From Octopus bimaculoides (lineage: Eukaryota): 64,000 bases of DNA. Location: positions 135,411,388 through 135,475,387 of the forward strand of contig NC_068984.1 of assembly GCF_001194135.2 (NCBI RefSeq), written 5' to 3'. How positions within the stretch are numbered: the stretch's first letter is position 1; each line of letters begins with the position of its first letter. The translations under genes were made by a program, and so were the position numbers. Positions 25,206-37,380 of this stretch are shown piece after piece. The notes beneath the pieces are model-generated. The model had not been told where the DNA came from, searched no databases, and worked only from the letters and a program-made list of their open reading frames with translations.

Positions 25206-26914
25206 TAAGGGAAATTGCTTAAATAACGGTAGTAACTGAAGGAATACCTATTCATCTTGTGTATGAATTACAAAAGGATTTAGGAACTTCCAAGTAGCAA
25301 TCCAAAGAGAAATTGTAGAAATATATTTGATCAAAATGTAGGAGCTGAAAATTTTGAAATTTCCCACCTCAGTTAGATTCCTCCAGTAAATATCTAGCTT
25401 ACTTGTAATACTTTGCACTTTTGTATTTATTTTTTGCACCTATGTATCCCACCTGATATATATGCACGGCTTCGTAGGGCTCCCGCAAAACAGTTAAATG
25501 TTTCGGAATGAAACACTCAGCCTCTTGAAAAATCTGGATAGGTATTTGCACAACACTGAATATGACTACATTCTTTCTCTTCTGTTTTCCTTGAATACTT
25601 TTGTATGCCCTCTAAACAAATTCGTCATCTGTTCAATCAACAGTAAGCAGTAAAGCATTTATGCTGTCATTTCTGTGGGGTTTTTTTCCCCAACGTACCA
25701 GTAAATGTCTCTTACAAATTTCATAATAATCCTGCTCTATTTTCCCTGAGAATCTATTACCGAAATAAAATATATCGATAGTCTGTTTCTGCCCATAGCA
25801 ATATTTAGCTAAAGATAAATCTGGATGTATCGTAGTATAATTAGAACCATGTTATAACGAAACTATCAGTACATTTTCTTTTTTTATTAATTCTACGGTG
25901 TACGTTTTGTCTCCTTGTCTTGCCTCATTTTGAATCTCACTGAATTTCTTTAATTCAACTACTGCTTCGCTGTATCCAAACTTACAACTGCCTGTGTAAT
26001 GTCAAACATTGTACTTAATCACTTTTACCTTATTCAAGTGATGTTTTGTTGACATAATCTGTTAACCTAATCTGACCTAATCTGTTTGCTGACTTAATCT
26101 GTTAAAATAATAATTAGCATACTGTTATGTCATATGCATATTTTAACAAATGACTTCCTCTATACAAGTCCATGCATATTCAATACAGCTTTAAAACAAG
26201 AAATATATATTACACACCGAAAAAACGTTTCTGTTCATTCCCTTATTTTCACGAAAAAGGCAGTTTTTTTACAAAGGAATATATATGGATGTAGATATCC
26301 CGTTTTTGTATAAATTCGTATATTTGAGTTTCTACCACATCATTCCAGATGCCACAAACATTGTTCTTCTCTTTCACCGTCTTCTCAATAAATTATATGA
26401 ATTAATATTCACACTATTCATTCCGAGCTCAAAAGCATGGAACCTAACAGATTTTCATTGAAAGTTTGTAATTCTACACTCTTGTATACTTTCTAATACT
26501 CGCCATAATCTCCTGAAAACTAAACTTACACGGGCTTCGTCAAGTATCTCCTCATCTCATACTTATATATGATATTACATTGACGATCTGTTACATTCAA
26601 GAAGAAGTAATAACAAACCACTTACATTTAATATTAAAACTCGCGCCCATTCAGATATATTCTGTTAGATGTTTTTCTGTTTCTAGCTAGCCTTAGTGTT
26701 TTAGCTATCCTTAGAAAGCGAAAAGCTCTAGCTCAAACCTAACTACGGACAGCTGTAATACTGCATAGAGTTGAGGTGAAAAGTAATAATATTTCAATAA
26801 AAGACATTCCGTTTCTCCATCTCAATAAATTTATGAATATATTATAAAGCAGATACAAACACATAAAGGGGCATATACGTATATGAATACTCACGCATAC
26901 GCTCACATCTATGC

Positions 26915-26988
<74 letters not shown>
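26915..26988. repeat. (TA)n microsatellite
   Basis: Direct reading. Confidence 0.95.
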
Positions 26989-26992
<4 letters not shown>

Positions 26993-27369
26993 GCATATTC
27001 AAATATTCATATACATATGGATATATGTGTGCGTTCGTGATATTTCAATATAGTAAAATACAACATCCAATAATTCTCCTTTTATGTTTTAAACGATTAT
27101 TTAATAATTGTTTCAAGTATACGCACGAAGCATGAAATTTGATGCATGCCTTATCCTATTACATCGGCAACATAAACTTGACTATACACTACCTGATCGC
27201 TTCCTCCACCAAAAGATGGAAAGATGAAAGATTGAGTTCATTGCATCAGAGCCCAGTTTCAATACACTCTAGGTAATGACCATGTAGCAAGGCATTTCAT
27301 CCAAGATTTTAAATATTTTATCATCCAACGTTCTCGCATATTATCTACTACTAAGAAAAAAACTTAGTG

Positions 27370-27371
27370 CT

Positions 27372-27403
<32 letters not shown>

Positions 27404-27485
27404 AATAATAATAATAATTGTCATTGTCTTCACCGTCATCATCATTGTGATAATACTGATGATGATTACAGTGATGATGATGATA

Positions 27486-27522
<37 letters not shown>

Positions 27523-27525
27523 CGA
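27370..27525. repeat. Compound (CAT)n / (AAT)n / (GAT)n microsatellite
   Basis: Direct reading; the left and right arms are reverse complements. Confidence 0.9.
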
Positions 27526-27559
27526 CAATGACCATGTTGCAGTAACACTATTGAGTAAA

Positions 27560-28690
27560 GATACTGGAATGCAGTTCGCGGTAAATAAATGCGCAGCAGT
27601 TGCTTTTATGGAGGCTGGATGATAAATTCTGATGGTATGAAATTACCACAAGACAGGATAATTTGATCGCTCCGAAATAATGAGTGATGCAAGGAATAAT
27701 GATTGCTGAATCTCGATAGAATAAATGGAGAAGAAAAGAGAGAGAAAATTGCTAAAGAGGCGAATCAGAAACGTGCTGGAAGCAAACTTAATGGAATGAC
27801 TTTCATTAAAGCATTAAACATATGAGCTTTGCCAATAGTCAAATATTCTGTTCCCTTTCTGAAATGAACAAAAGTCGAGCGACAGAGTTTAAACGGAAGT
27901 AGAAATGTGAGCATAATGCGCAACACATACCATTCTAAAAGAAATACCCACAGCAAAGAAGGCAGAGGATACCAAACCGAGCAGACACCGAGTCTACCGC
28001 GTTGCTGGGATTGAAAAATTTACACTATGTATAATAAATAAAAGAAGACTAATGGTACCTAGAGATGCGCAAGCATTAGTTGAACTCGAAGAGAAAAGAC
28101 AGAATAAAAAAAAAAATTTGAAAATCGATACGAATGGAATTACGTGGCCGAGAATGCTGGAAGTAACGAATGCTAACGGTGGCGTGAGACGGAAAACCGA
28201 AAAGGTATTGCTTCTCAGGGGCAAGCTATACGAATGAATATGATAAGGGCAAACATCGACAACACTAACGACAGCGACGAATACAGAATTTGTAGTGAGA
28301 GAGGTGAATCGTTGTGGCACATCGTTAGCGAATACACGAAATTGGCCCAACCTGAATACAAAAGTCGTCATGACGATGTAGCAAGAACGATTCATTGAGA
28401 GCTCTGTGGAAATCACGGCCTACAGAGAGTAAAGACGTGGTATGAACATACACTGTGACCAAAATATCTCGGCAAAAGAATTTTATAAGCTCAGAAAATA
28501 TAAAGATTTGCTAATCGCACATCGAAAAGATGTGGCATCTCAAGACCGTTACATTACCAGTGATTGTAGGAGCACTTGAAATGATCAATAATGAAAAAAG
28601 AATGATCCCTGGCTTACCATCTATGCAGGAAATGCAAAAGATTGTCTTATCTGTTGCGTCACACGTATTGAGAAGAGCATTGTCGCTGCG
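27560..28690 (+). mobile_element. R4/Dong-type non-LTR retrotransposon, 3' part (RT end, CCHC, endonuclease C-terminus), decayed
   Basis: GMQFAVNKCA; ..ANIDNTNDSDEYRICSERGESLWHIVSEYTKLAQPEYKSRHDDVARTIH*ELCGNHGLQRVKTWYEH; and MWHLKTVTLPVIVGAL..IPGLPSMQEMQKIVL..HVLRRALS. Confidence 0.85.
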
Positions 28691-28910
28691 AATTTTCTTT
28701 CCTTTTACACCTTTATTTTACTTGTTTACATTTTTACTTCTTTTTATTTTTTCCTTTTTCTCTGTCTTATACTTTTTTTCTATCACATGACTTTTTAAAT
28801 GAACAATCTGGTGTATGTATTTTAATGGCCGACCAATGTATAAAGTACGTTTATCTGCCCTAGGTTTCAGGAAATCACTCGGCAAGAAATGGAAACAGAA
28901 TTGAAAGAAG

Positions 28911-28995
<85 letters not shown>
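28911..28995. repeat. (AAT)n microsatellite
   Basis: Direct reading. Confidence 0.95.
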
Positions 28996-28996
<1 letters not shown>

Positions 28997-29107
28997 GTAG
29001 ATGTCGCACTTAAAATTGAATACATGAAATAAAACTCAATATGAGGGAGACAGCACCAACTCGGTAAGGAGCCGGAATTATACAATGGATATATACGAAT
29101 ACAAAAA

Positions 29108-30310
29108 AATAGCTTTCTCCAGATGCAACGCAACAGCAACATATCCATATAAATCTAAACAAATGGACAGCAATATTTCTATACGAAAACTGCGAACCTG
29201 TTAGAAAGATTTTAAATTTTAAATTTCAATTACATATACATCCATATTTATAGAAGACTTCTCTATATATGCACATTCCTGTTTCTTTGCAATCTCTCGC
29301 TGATACATAGAAAATAATTATAACTACGAAGGAAACATCAACAAATATCTATTGGCGGTGTTCAGTTAAAAATCAAAGTAAACGCTGTAAAAGTAGATCC
29401 ATAGGAAAATACGGCAGCGAATACCAAACAGCACGGACAAATGACAGTGACCTGGCGCAGAGCTGGATAAAATCTGAAAACATCACGAAGCTGGAATTAA
29501 GAATCCGAAAAAACAATGATGCGATGAAAGTAAATTATATCTTGGTGTGAGATATCTCGGGAAACTGAAAGATTTTTCTTGTATGCAGCATATATATATA
29601 TATATATACTTTATTTAAAAGCAGCAGAAATATAACAAAAAAAACCGTTACACTGAGTTTCACGTTCCCGTTCATCGGACAGTTTTGTTAGAATAAAGCA
29701 TATTACTCTACCTCTGGTATTTGAGTACTCTTTTTTCCACCTTGTTGCACATTTCATGCGCTCACTCCAGTATATATATATATATATATATATATAAATA
29801 TACATACAAGTAATAGCTTCCCTCAGATGCACCGCCCCACCGGCATGTTCGAGAATATGTAAACAGATGGACTGCAGAGTTTCTATACGAGAACTGCATG
29901 CGTGTGAGAAAAACTTTGAAATTTATTTTCAATTACTTATATAAGACCTCAGTATAGAAGCAGATGGCTGCATCTTCTTGGTCTCTCATAGATACATCAA
30001 TAACAATTATGCCTACGCAAGAAACATCAACACATGTCCATGGCCGGTGTTCAGCTAAAATACGCTGTAAATACGGACTTAGGACCCATTAAAAAGTTGA
30101 CCATAGATACTACGAAATTGTGTATTTATGATTTACACAAGCTACTATGCAATATTCCTCCAAAAATACACAGGAATAAGCCCATACCGTAAATACCCAA
30201 CAAAATGAACAAAGCCCAAAACGTGTGCCATAGAAATCTAACAATACCATGGATAGATTATAAGAAAGCCTATGGCATGATCCTGCACTAATGGAGTATC
30301 TAGGGTATTA
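29108..30310 (+). mobile_element. Decayed R4/Dong-type ORF pieces: a duplicated ~300-bp segment plus an RT motif
   Basis: RNLTIPWIDYKKAYGMILH*W at about 30230-30295 matches the R4-type NLS.AWIDYKKAYD..PHSW RT motif. 29108-29400 and 29812-30100 are diverged copies of each other. Confidence 0.65.
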
Positions 30311-30317
30311 GAATCTG

Positions 30318-30434
30318 TCAGGGTATCCTCCCCCTTCCTCCTCCTCCGCCTCTCCTCCACCGCCTCTCTCTCCTCCGCCTCTACTCCTATTCCTCCTCCA
30401 CCCCTTCCCCTCCACCCCCGCTCCTTCTCCCCGT
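30318..30434. repeat. CT-rich low-complexity tract running into a gap
   Basis: (CCT/CTC)n-like. Confidence 0.85.
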
Positions 30435-31734
30435 NNNNNNNNNNNNNNNNNNNNNNNNNNNNNNNNNNNNNNNNNNNNNNNNNNNNNNNNNNNNNNNNNN
30501 NNNNNNNNNNNNNNNNNNNNNNNNNNNNNNNNNNNNNNNNNNNNNNNNNNNNNNNNNNNNNNNNNNNNNNNNNNNNNNNNNNNNNNNNNNNNNNNNNNNN
30601 NNNNNNNNNNNNNNNNNNNNNNNNNNNNNNNNNNNNNNNNNNNNNNNNNNNNNNNNNNNNNNNNNNNNNNNNNNNNNNNNNNNNNNNNNNNNNNNNNNNN
30701 NNNNNNNNNNNNNNNNNNNNNNNNNNNNNNNNNNNNNNNNNNNNNNNNNNNNNNNNNNNNNNNNNNNNNNNNNNNNNNNNNNNNNNNNNNNNNNNNNNNN
30801 NNNNNNNNNNNNNNNNNNNNNNNNNNNNNNNNNNNNNNNNNNNNNNNNNNNNNNNNNNNNNNNNNNNNNNNNNNNNNNNNNNNNNNNNNNNNNNNNNNNN
30901 NNNNNNNNNNNNNNNNNNNNNNNNNNNNNNNNNNNNNNNNNNNNNNNNNNNNNNNNNNNNNNNNNNNNNNNNNNNNNNNNNNNNNNNNNNNNNNNNNNNN
31001 NNNNNNNNNNNNNNNNNNNNNNNNNNNNNNNNNNNNNNNNNNNNNNNNNNNNNNNNNNNNNNNNNNNNNNNNNNNNNNNNNNNNNNNNNNNNNNNNNNNN
31101 NNNNNNNNNNNNNNNNNNNNNNNNNNNNNNNNNNNNNNNNNNNNNNNNNNNNNNNNNNNNNNNNNNNNNATATATATATATATATATATATACATATATG
31201 TCAGTATATTTTATACACACATACAAATATATACTGAAATTCATGCACAAGCATTTATGCAAAGTTAAATTATATCGTATAGCTACAAGGAATAAACTAT
31301 TTGCAAAATACACATTATACACGTAACACATCAAATATTAATTTTTAGTCTTCAACATTCTTCAGATAGCTATCCTAAAGCGATCTATACAAAATCGACT
31401 CCCAAAAGTTTCAGCGAATTTTATAAGTGACATGCACAGAAAACTCAGCTCTTCAGTAAGTTTATTGAAAATACTGATTAAAAATAAGACACACGCACAG
31501 TTTACATGTATGTCTCTTCTATTTTTTAAATATTATAAATCTTACACTGAGGAAGCTCCATCTCTGGGATGTAGTGAAGACAAGCAAATTTACATTTTGG
31601 AACTCGAGAAAAGTCTTGCTTATTTTCACTGCTCCACTCAACAGATTGTACTTGTAATGTACGAATCAGCCGGTCGATTTCTCTTTCTGAAAATTCCTAG
31701 GTCATCCACATTCTTCTTTAAGCATTTACTAATT

Positions 31735-32060
31735 TAACCTATTGATCCAATTATTATTGGTATGAATATGAATTCAAAGTCTGGATGTATAGCTATAGAA
31801 GCTGGAGGTTTCGAAGCAGTTGTCCATCGATATCCTCTTTTTCTTTGATTTTCAAAGAGATATTTGTAATTGCAGGGCAGCTGACCTGTATGATAGTACA
31901 TACCTTTGCCCCTCTGTCCCATACAACAATATCCGACCTGTCATATTTACATTTGACCGAACTATTGATGAGAATATTCCACCAGTATACCTTGAGTTGG
32001 TGTTTATAAATGTATTCCATAACAGAGGGATTTTCTAAGTTTATTTCAAGACAGTCTTTT
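31735..32060 (-). mobile_element. R4/Dong-type restriction-like endonuclease fragment, same family as 1265-1730
   Basis: YIYKHQLKVYWWNILINSSVKCKYDRSDIVVWDRGAKVCTIIQVSCP..KIKEKEDI..LLRNLQLL..HPDFEFIFIPIIIGSIG. The nucleotide match to 1270-1380 is visible (ATAAACACCAACTCAAGG). Confidence 0.9.
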
Positions 32061-32186
32061 ATGCTTCAAAACACTGGTTTTTATCACGTACACAGATTAG
32101 AGAAGAAACCGATTTCTCAAGCAGCAAGTCACCAAATATGCTGGGAGACAAGAACAATAAATATACATTTATGTACTTTTAGGGTA

Positions 32187-32404
32187 TAGGTGGGGTGCTA
32201 AAACGTTCAGAGATTTGTATAAAAGAAAGTACAGAAGGACCAGTTAATTATGATTTTATTCAACATATTTCCCTCTCAGAATCACAAACTTATTGCAGTG
32301 GTCTTTCAATTTTTCTAAACCCTGTAAAAGAACTATGAAGTTTAGGCTTTAAACCAGATTTTTGAAGATACCCTTAAAGTCAGGAACCTTTCAGCACCCC
32401 CTCG
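32187..32404 (-). mobile_element. Mariner-derived MITE with TA flanks
   Basis: Left TA|TAGGTGGGGTGCTAAAACGTTC versus the right end reverse-complemented TA|CGAGGGGGTGCTGAAAGGTTCC. The interior on the minus strand keeps a decayed mariner C-terminus (..LRGKYVE*). Confidence 0.8.
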
Positions 32405-33756
32405 TATATTTAGGGATGAAATACTCGTTTAAAAATCTGTGGTGATACAATGTATGATACACAAATATACAATGAACCAGATTTTGAAAATTTAAGACGA
32501 GGAACGGATTTCTGTTTCCAGATGCTAATGTCTGACATATCGTATATCGCATGTTCGCAATTTTCTCGAAGATATATATTAGTGAAGCCTGCAGGAACTC
32601 ATTAAAATTGTTGCAGGATTCTGCGAAATATTTTTCTTTGCATTTCACTGACGCCAAAATGTATGTTGAATTTCATTGTATATATTGAAAGAGAACGGAA
32701 AACACATGTCACGAATATGAGACAACTGATATTTTCTAACTGTATTTTATGCATTTTATGAAATTTTGATTTATATCTGTAGCGTATATGTAATATATAA
32801 AAACACAATGTAAAGATATTTGCCGCACAGTACCGTGGGCTTTAGGAAATGCTAGCCAAATATTACAATGTTCATGCTTTCCTAACAGAGCGAATAAAAC
32901 CGAAGACCAAATGTGGATCCAATTAAACAGTGCTTATGTGTTTATTTAACTAAGAAGTGTTTGGAGCTACTTATACAGATGTCTGTGTATTGCCCAACCA
33001 ACCAGGAATTTGTTTTCTATGTTGTTGTTGGTACGACGAATGTATTATGACAAAACCGTAGGCGTGTGGTAAGAAGTGTGCTTCTTATCTACACTGCTCT
33101 GTCAATAATGCAGGTGATACTAACTTACAGCGTCAAAAACATCTACAATCATATATCTATCTATCTATCTATCTATCTATATATATATATATAAAATATA
33201 TTTGATACCTCTAAGTTAGGTGGTTAAACCGTAATCCCTTCACACGGGACTTTTTTTCATACGGGATTATTTGTGACGCACATGGAATAGATTTCTTTGA
33301 GATGGGATGCCTGAACTCACTAGCCGATCAATTCGTAAGTGCCTTTCTTATCGTTGATTTTTGGTGTCGCATGGCCAAAAATTACCGTGAATTTTTTTTA
33401 GAGACACTTTCAAATTTATCAGAATATCNNNNNNNNNNNNNNNNNNNNNNNNNNNNNNNNNNNNNNNNNNNNNNNNNNNNNNNNNNNNNNNNNNNNNNNN
33501 NNNNNNNNNNNNNNNNNNNNNNNNNNNNNNNNNNNNNNNNNNNNNNNNNNNNNNNNNNNNNNNNNNNNNNNNNNNNNNNNNNNNNNNNNNNNNNNNNNNN
33601 NNNNNNNNNNNNNNNNNNNNNNNNNNNNNNNNNNNNNNNNNNGAGATACAAAGGCCACCTAATTATATATAGTTGTTTTTCTCTTTGGTCAAATAACAGG
33701 CGGTGTATAAAATATTGTCCCCAAGTAGGAGGGATATCGTTTACTCGGTTACTGCC

Positions 33757-33887
33757 TTTGTTGTACAAATCTGGATATTGTGTACATTTATTCTCTGTAT
33801 GTATTTACACACTGTATGTATTTACACACTTTGTTGTACAAATCTGGATATTGTGTACATTTATTCTCTGTATGTATTTACACACTG
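33757..33887. repeat. Near-tandem duplication of a ~58-bp unit
   Basis: TTTGTTGTACAAATCTGGATATTGTGTACATTTATTCTCTGTATGTATTTACACACT occurs twice. Confidence 0.9.
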
Positions 33888-35002
33888 CAGTGAGGGCTAA
33901 TCAACAGGTACCGCTTCATAAATATTACTTTACTGTATATTTTGCATGGCACAAAACACGATAATAATACAATATCTGATCTACTTTCTAGTAAAATAAG
34001 CTGTGTGCAAATTGAATTTTCCAGTTTAGTGAAGTCCTTAATTAAAGTTTCTTTCTATATATACAATATCTTTCTGCATATACAATTGCCTCTTTTTGAT
34101 TTCTAAAGTATTTTCTGGAATCGTGTCGACTTCCTCTTCTTGCTATAAAAAATATTGTAAATGCATTTACCTATATCTGTGTAGCGGACTGGATTGCCGA
34201 TAACAGCAGTCGTTAAAGAGATATACATTATATATAAATACTCATTTTACCAGGACTAACATTATAGTCAACTAGAAAATTCGGTATCATCCTTCAATCG
34301 CTTTCAATCCAATTATTTTTTCGAATTTCGCCGTACACAATTTGATTCACACTCATCATAAAATACTGTAATACTAATTATCCGGTATAACATCTTTGCA
34401 AACCTTTCTGTTCTTTATATAAATGTTACAGTTAGTTGCTGCTTATTAACAGAAATTTATTTCGCTCATGTTATAAGTGGGCTTTTATTGCGTTGCAGAG
34501 ATATAGTAGGCGTAAAAATCCACCAGGTGTAGAGATTCACGTGTATACACGTATATTGTAATATTAGCAGTGAGAATTATTCACAAAAAGCCGAAAATAA
34601 AGTCAGTAATATCAATTATAAAATGAATTTACTCCTTTATACGTATTACCTGAGAAAGATCATATACCTTAAGAGTAAAAATAGTATTGTGAGGAAAAGC
34701 TTATCGAAAATATCAATTTCAGCAGAGGAAAATAAAACCAAATGTAAGATTAAAAACAATATTCTATCTTAAAATACAAAACTCGACGTAAAGTAGGACA
34801 TATTATGCAGATGGCAAGCAGGAAGAAAAAATAAACAAGTGATTAATTTGTTGACGCTCAGAGCAGCATAAGTAGGTTAATTTATACGAATATGTAAAAT
34901 CTAGATTTAGGTTAATCAATCTCTTTTTTTCAAAAATGCTAGCGTCAAACCAAAAAAAAAACAACAACACGCGCGCACACACACACACACACATATGTAT
35001 AT

Positions 35003-35070
35003 GGAGGCGCAATGGCCCAGTGGTTAGGGCAGCGGACTCGCGGTCATAGGATCGCGGTTTCGATTCCCAG
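35003..35070 (+). mobile_element. SINE family C tRNA-like head only
   Basis: GGAGGCGCAATGGCCCAGTGGTTAGGGCAGCGGACTCGCGGTCATAGGATCGCGGTTTCGATTCCCAG, closely matching 37004-37070. Confidence 0.85.
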
Positions 35071-35257
35071 TGGCCTAGCATAAAGAAAATTCTGAAAATT
35101 CAGAAAAATTTCCCTAGAGACCATTCTTTTCTTTTGTGATTTGACCGTAGATGGTCTATCTCTAGCATAAAGGATGTCCACTTAGTGGTCATCCCTTCTC
35201 AAATGTATGTAATACAATTTTTCTGAATTTTCTGAATTTTCTTTATGCTAGGCACTG
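35068..35257. mobile_element. 190-bp MITE with ~43-bp TIRs starting CAGTG (hAT-like end)
   Basis: Left CAGTGGCCTAGCATAAAGAAAATTCTGAAAATTCAGAAAAATT; right end reverse-complemented CAGTGCCTAGCATAAAGAAAATTCAGAAAATTCAGAAAAATT (1 indel, 1 mismatch). No TSD is visible. Confidence 0.8.
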
Positions 35258-35318
35258 GTATTAAATTTAGTGTTAATTAAAAATAATATCTAATTTATCA
35301 CACTCATTGTTTAAATTT

Positions 35319-35356
<38 letters not shown>

Positions 35357-35374
35357 CGTGAAGTATATTTGCCA

Positions 35375-35640
35375 CTTAAATGCAGCTAACCCTTAAGGGT
35401 GGATGCTACTGTAGCTTGTAGCCCCAGGAAGACATTTGCTCCAGCTGGCTATTGACACACTTTCTGTGCTGCTGTACTTACGTTTCTATCTAGCAGTTCA
35501 GCAAAGGTGAGGGGAGGATAGAGTAAGTCTAAGGCTTTTGGATAATAAATACAGAAGTCGATACATTCGACTAAAAATTCTTCGAGCCGGTGCCCCAGCT
35601 TGGCTGCAGTATAATGGCTAAAACAAGTAAAAAATAAAGA
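35375..35640 (+). mobile_element. 5'-truncated SINE with a different body but the family B 3' tail
   Basis: Body CCCTTAAGGGTGGATGCTACTGTAGC..GCCCCAGGAAGACAT..CTCCAGCTGGCT; tail GTCGAT..TTCGACTAAAA..GGTGCCCCAGCTTGGCTGCAGT..AAAACAAGTAAAA. Confidence 0.65.
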
Positions 35641-35662
35641 TAAAATTACATATATAAATATG

Positions 35663-36018
35663 TACTCTTTTACTTGTTTCAGTCATGTGATTGCTGCCAT
35701 GCTGGAGCAAATCGACCCCAAGATTTCTTCTTTGTAAGCCTAGTACTTATTCTATCTCTGTTTTGCCGAACCGCTAAGTTACGGGGACGTAAACACACCA
35801 GCATCGATTGTCAAGCGATGTTGTGGGGACAAACACACACACACACACACGCATATATATATACGACGGTCTTCTTTTAGTCTTCGTCTACCAAATCCAC
35901 TTAGAAAGCTTTGGTCGGCCCGAGACTATAGTAGAAGACACTTGCCTAAAGTGCCACGCATTGGAACTGAACCCGGAACCATGTGGTTGGCAGGCAAGCT
36001 ACTTACCATACAGCCACT
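35663..36018 (-). mobile_element. SINE family B, near full length
   Basis: Colinear with 2396-2793 throughout. Confidence 0.9.
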
Positions 36019-36835
36019 CTTGTTTAATATTTCAGGCGGGATAAATCAGTTTAGTCTGTATTGTTGTTCCTACACATAAAATTATATGGGATAATGTAAT
36101 AGAAGCCAAAGTAATGGCGTTTAGTACGTACCAATACAAATAACATCACCTGTATAATTTTACCTCTGAATTATATACAAGCAGTAAAATCAGGGTCATA
36201 CCTGAATATATTCATCAAATGTACGTTAACAATGTTACGTGAATTACATGTAAGGTAGCCGTACGATTCATCAGACGTGTATTGAAATCACCACGTCAGC
36301 AGGTGGTTCATTTGTGTATTAAGATTTTTCATGTTATTATCTAATTTAATTCAACTTCCTTCATTTCACCAAGCTAACGGAAATAGACAACTGGCCTTCT
36401 GATAATTATACATGTAATTCACATGCAAATTTAATTCTAACAAACCAGGAAATTTGAATCGAGAAAGAAAAATAGAATTTAAAGTTTTGATGGAGTTATT
36501 TGTAGGAAGAGGAAATAGTTTTCTTTGATAGCATTTTCACAATTGAAGTATAAAATATATTGAATAAACAAATTAATTTTTGAAGCCATTATTATTCTCG
36601 CTATTTTCAAAAGAACCGTTGAATAACATAATGTTTAGAATGGCAGATAAACTATTTTTTCAGCTTTTAGTTTCATGTGATTGCGTTATTGGTTCAAATC
36701 ACCCTGGAGTATCATTTCCATGACGATAAACCAAACATTTCATATGACTGCTATTTATCAAAATCGATTACCTTTCCAAATATGGATCGTGCAATTTACA
36801 GAAATCTTTGCTGTCATTATTAATATGTATAACGT

Positions 36836-37000
36836 GGTAGCGAACTGTTAGCATTCATAGCACGTCGGACAAAAATCTTTTGCGCTATTGTCTGTTCAAA
36901 TCAGACCAAAACTGCCTTTGTCTTTCTTCTTTCGGGGTCAAGAAAATTCGTAATAGGCAAGTACTGGGGTCAATGTAATCGTCTTACATCTCTCTCCCAT
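36836..37000 (+). mobile_element. Degraded SINE family A
   Basis: GTTAGCA..CACGTCGGACAAAA..CTTTCTTCTTTCGGGGTC..GTACTGGGGTCAATGTAATCG. Confidence 0.6.
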
Positions 37001-37003
37001 AGT

Positions 37004-37380
37004 GGAAGCACAATGGCCCAGTGGTTAGGGTAGTGGACTCGTGGTCGTAGGATCGCGGTTTCGATTCCCAGACCGGGCGTTGTGAGTGTTTATTAAGCGA
37101 AAACACCTAAAGCTCCACGAGGCTCCGGCAGGGGATTGTGGCGAATCCTGCTGTACTCTTTCACCACAACTTTCTCTTACTTCCTGTTTCTGTTTTGCCT
37201 GTAATTCAAAGTGTCAGCCTTGTCACACTGTGTCACGTTGAATATCCCCGAGAACTATGTTAAGCGTACACGTGTCTGTGGAGTGCTCAGCCACGTGCAC
37301 GTTAATTTCACGAGCAGACTGTTCCGTCGATCGGATCAACTGGAACACTTGTCATCGTAAGCGACGGAGTTCCAACAACA
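37004..37380 (+). mobile_element. SINE family C, subtype 2, full length
   Basis: A- and B-box head shared with 15656 and 35003; distinct 3' half (GTGTCTGTGGAGTGCTCAGCCAC..GGATCAACTGGAAC); CAACAACA tail. Confidence 0.85.

Noticed and set aside
15199-29148. Poly-Leu, poly-Tyr, poly-His and poly-Ile ORFs (15199-15573, 15327-15515, 27341-27548, 28867-29148)
   Set aside because: They are translations of (AAT)n and (CAT)n microsatellites.
32420-32855. Helitron-like 3' end (GCCGCAC..GTGGGC hairpin, then CTAG)
   Set aside because: The flank after CTAG is C rather than T, and no matching TC 5' end was found.
15291-37070. tRNA-like sequences at 15291, 15656, 35003 and 37004 as tRNA genes
   Set aside because: They have A/B boxes but no closing acceptor stem, and they continue into SINE bodies.
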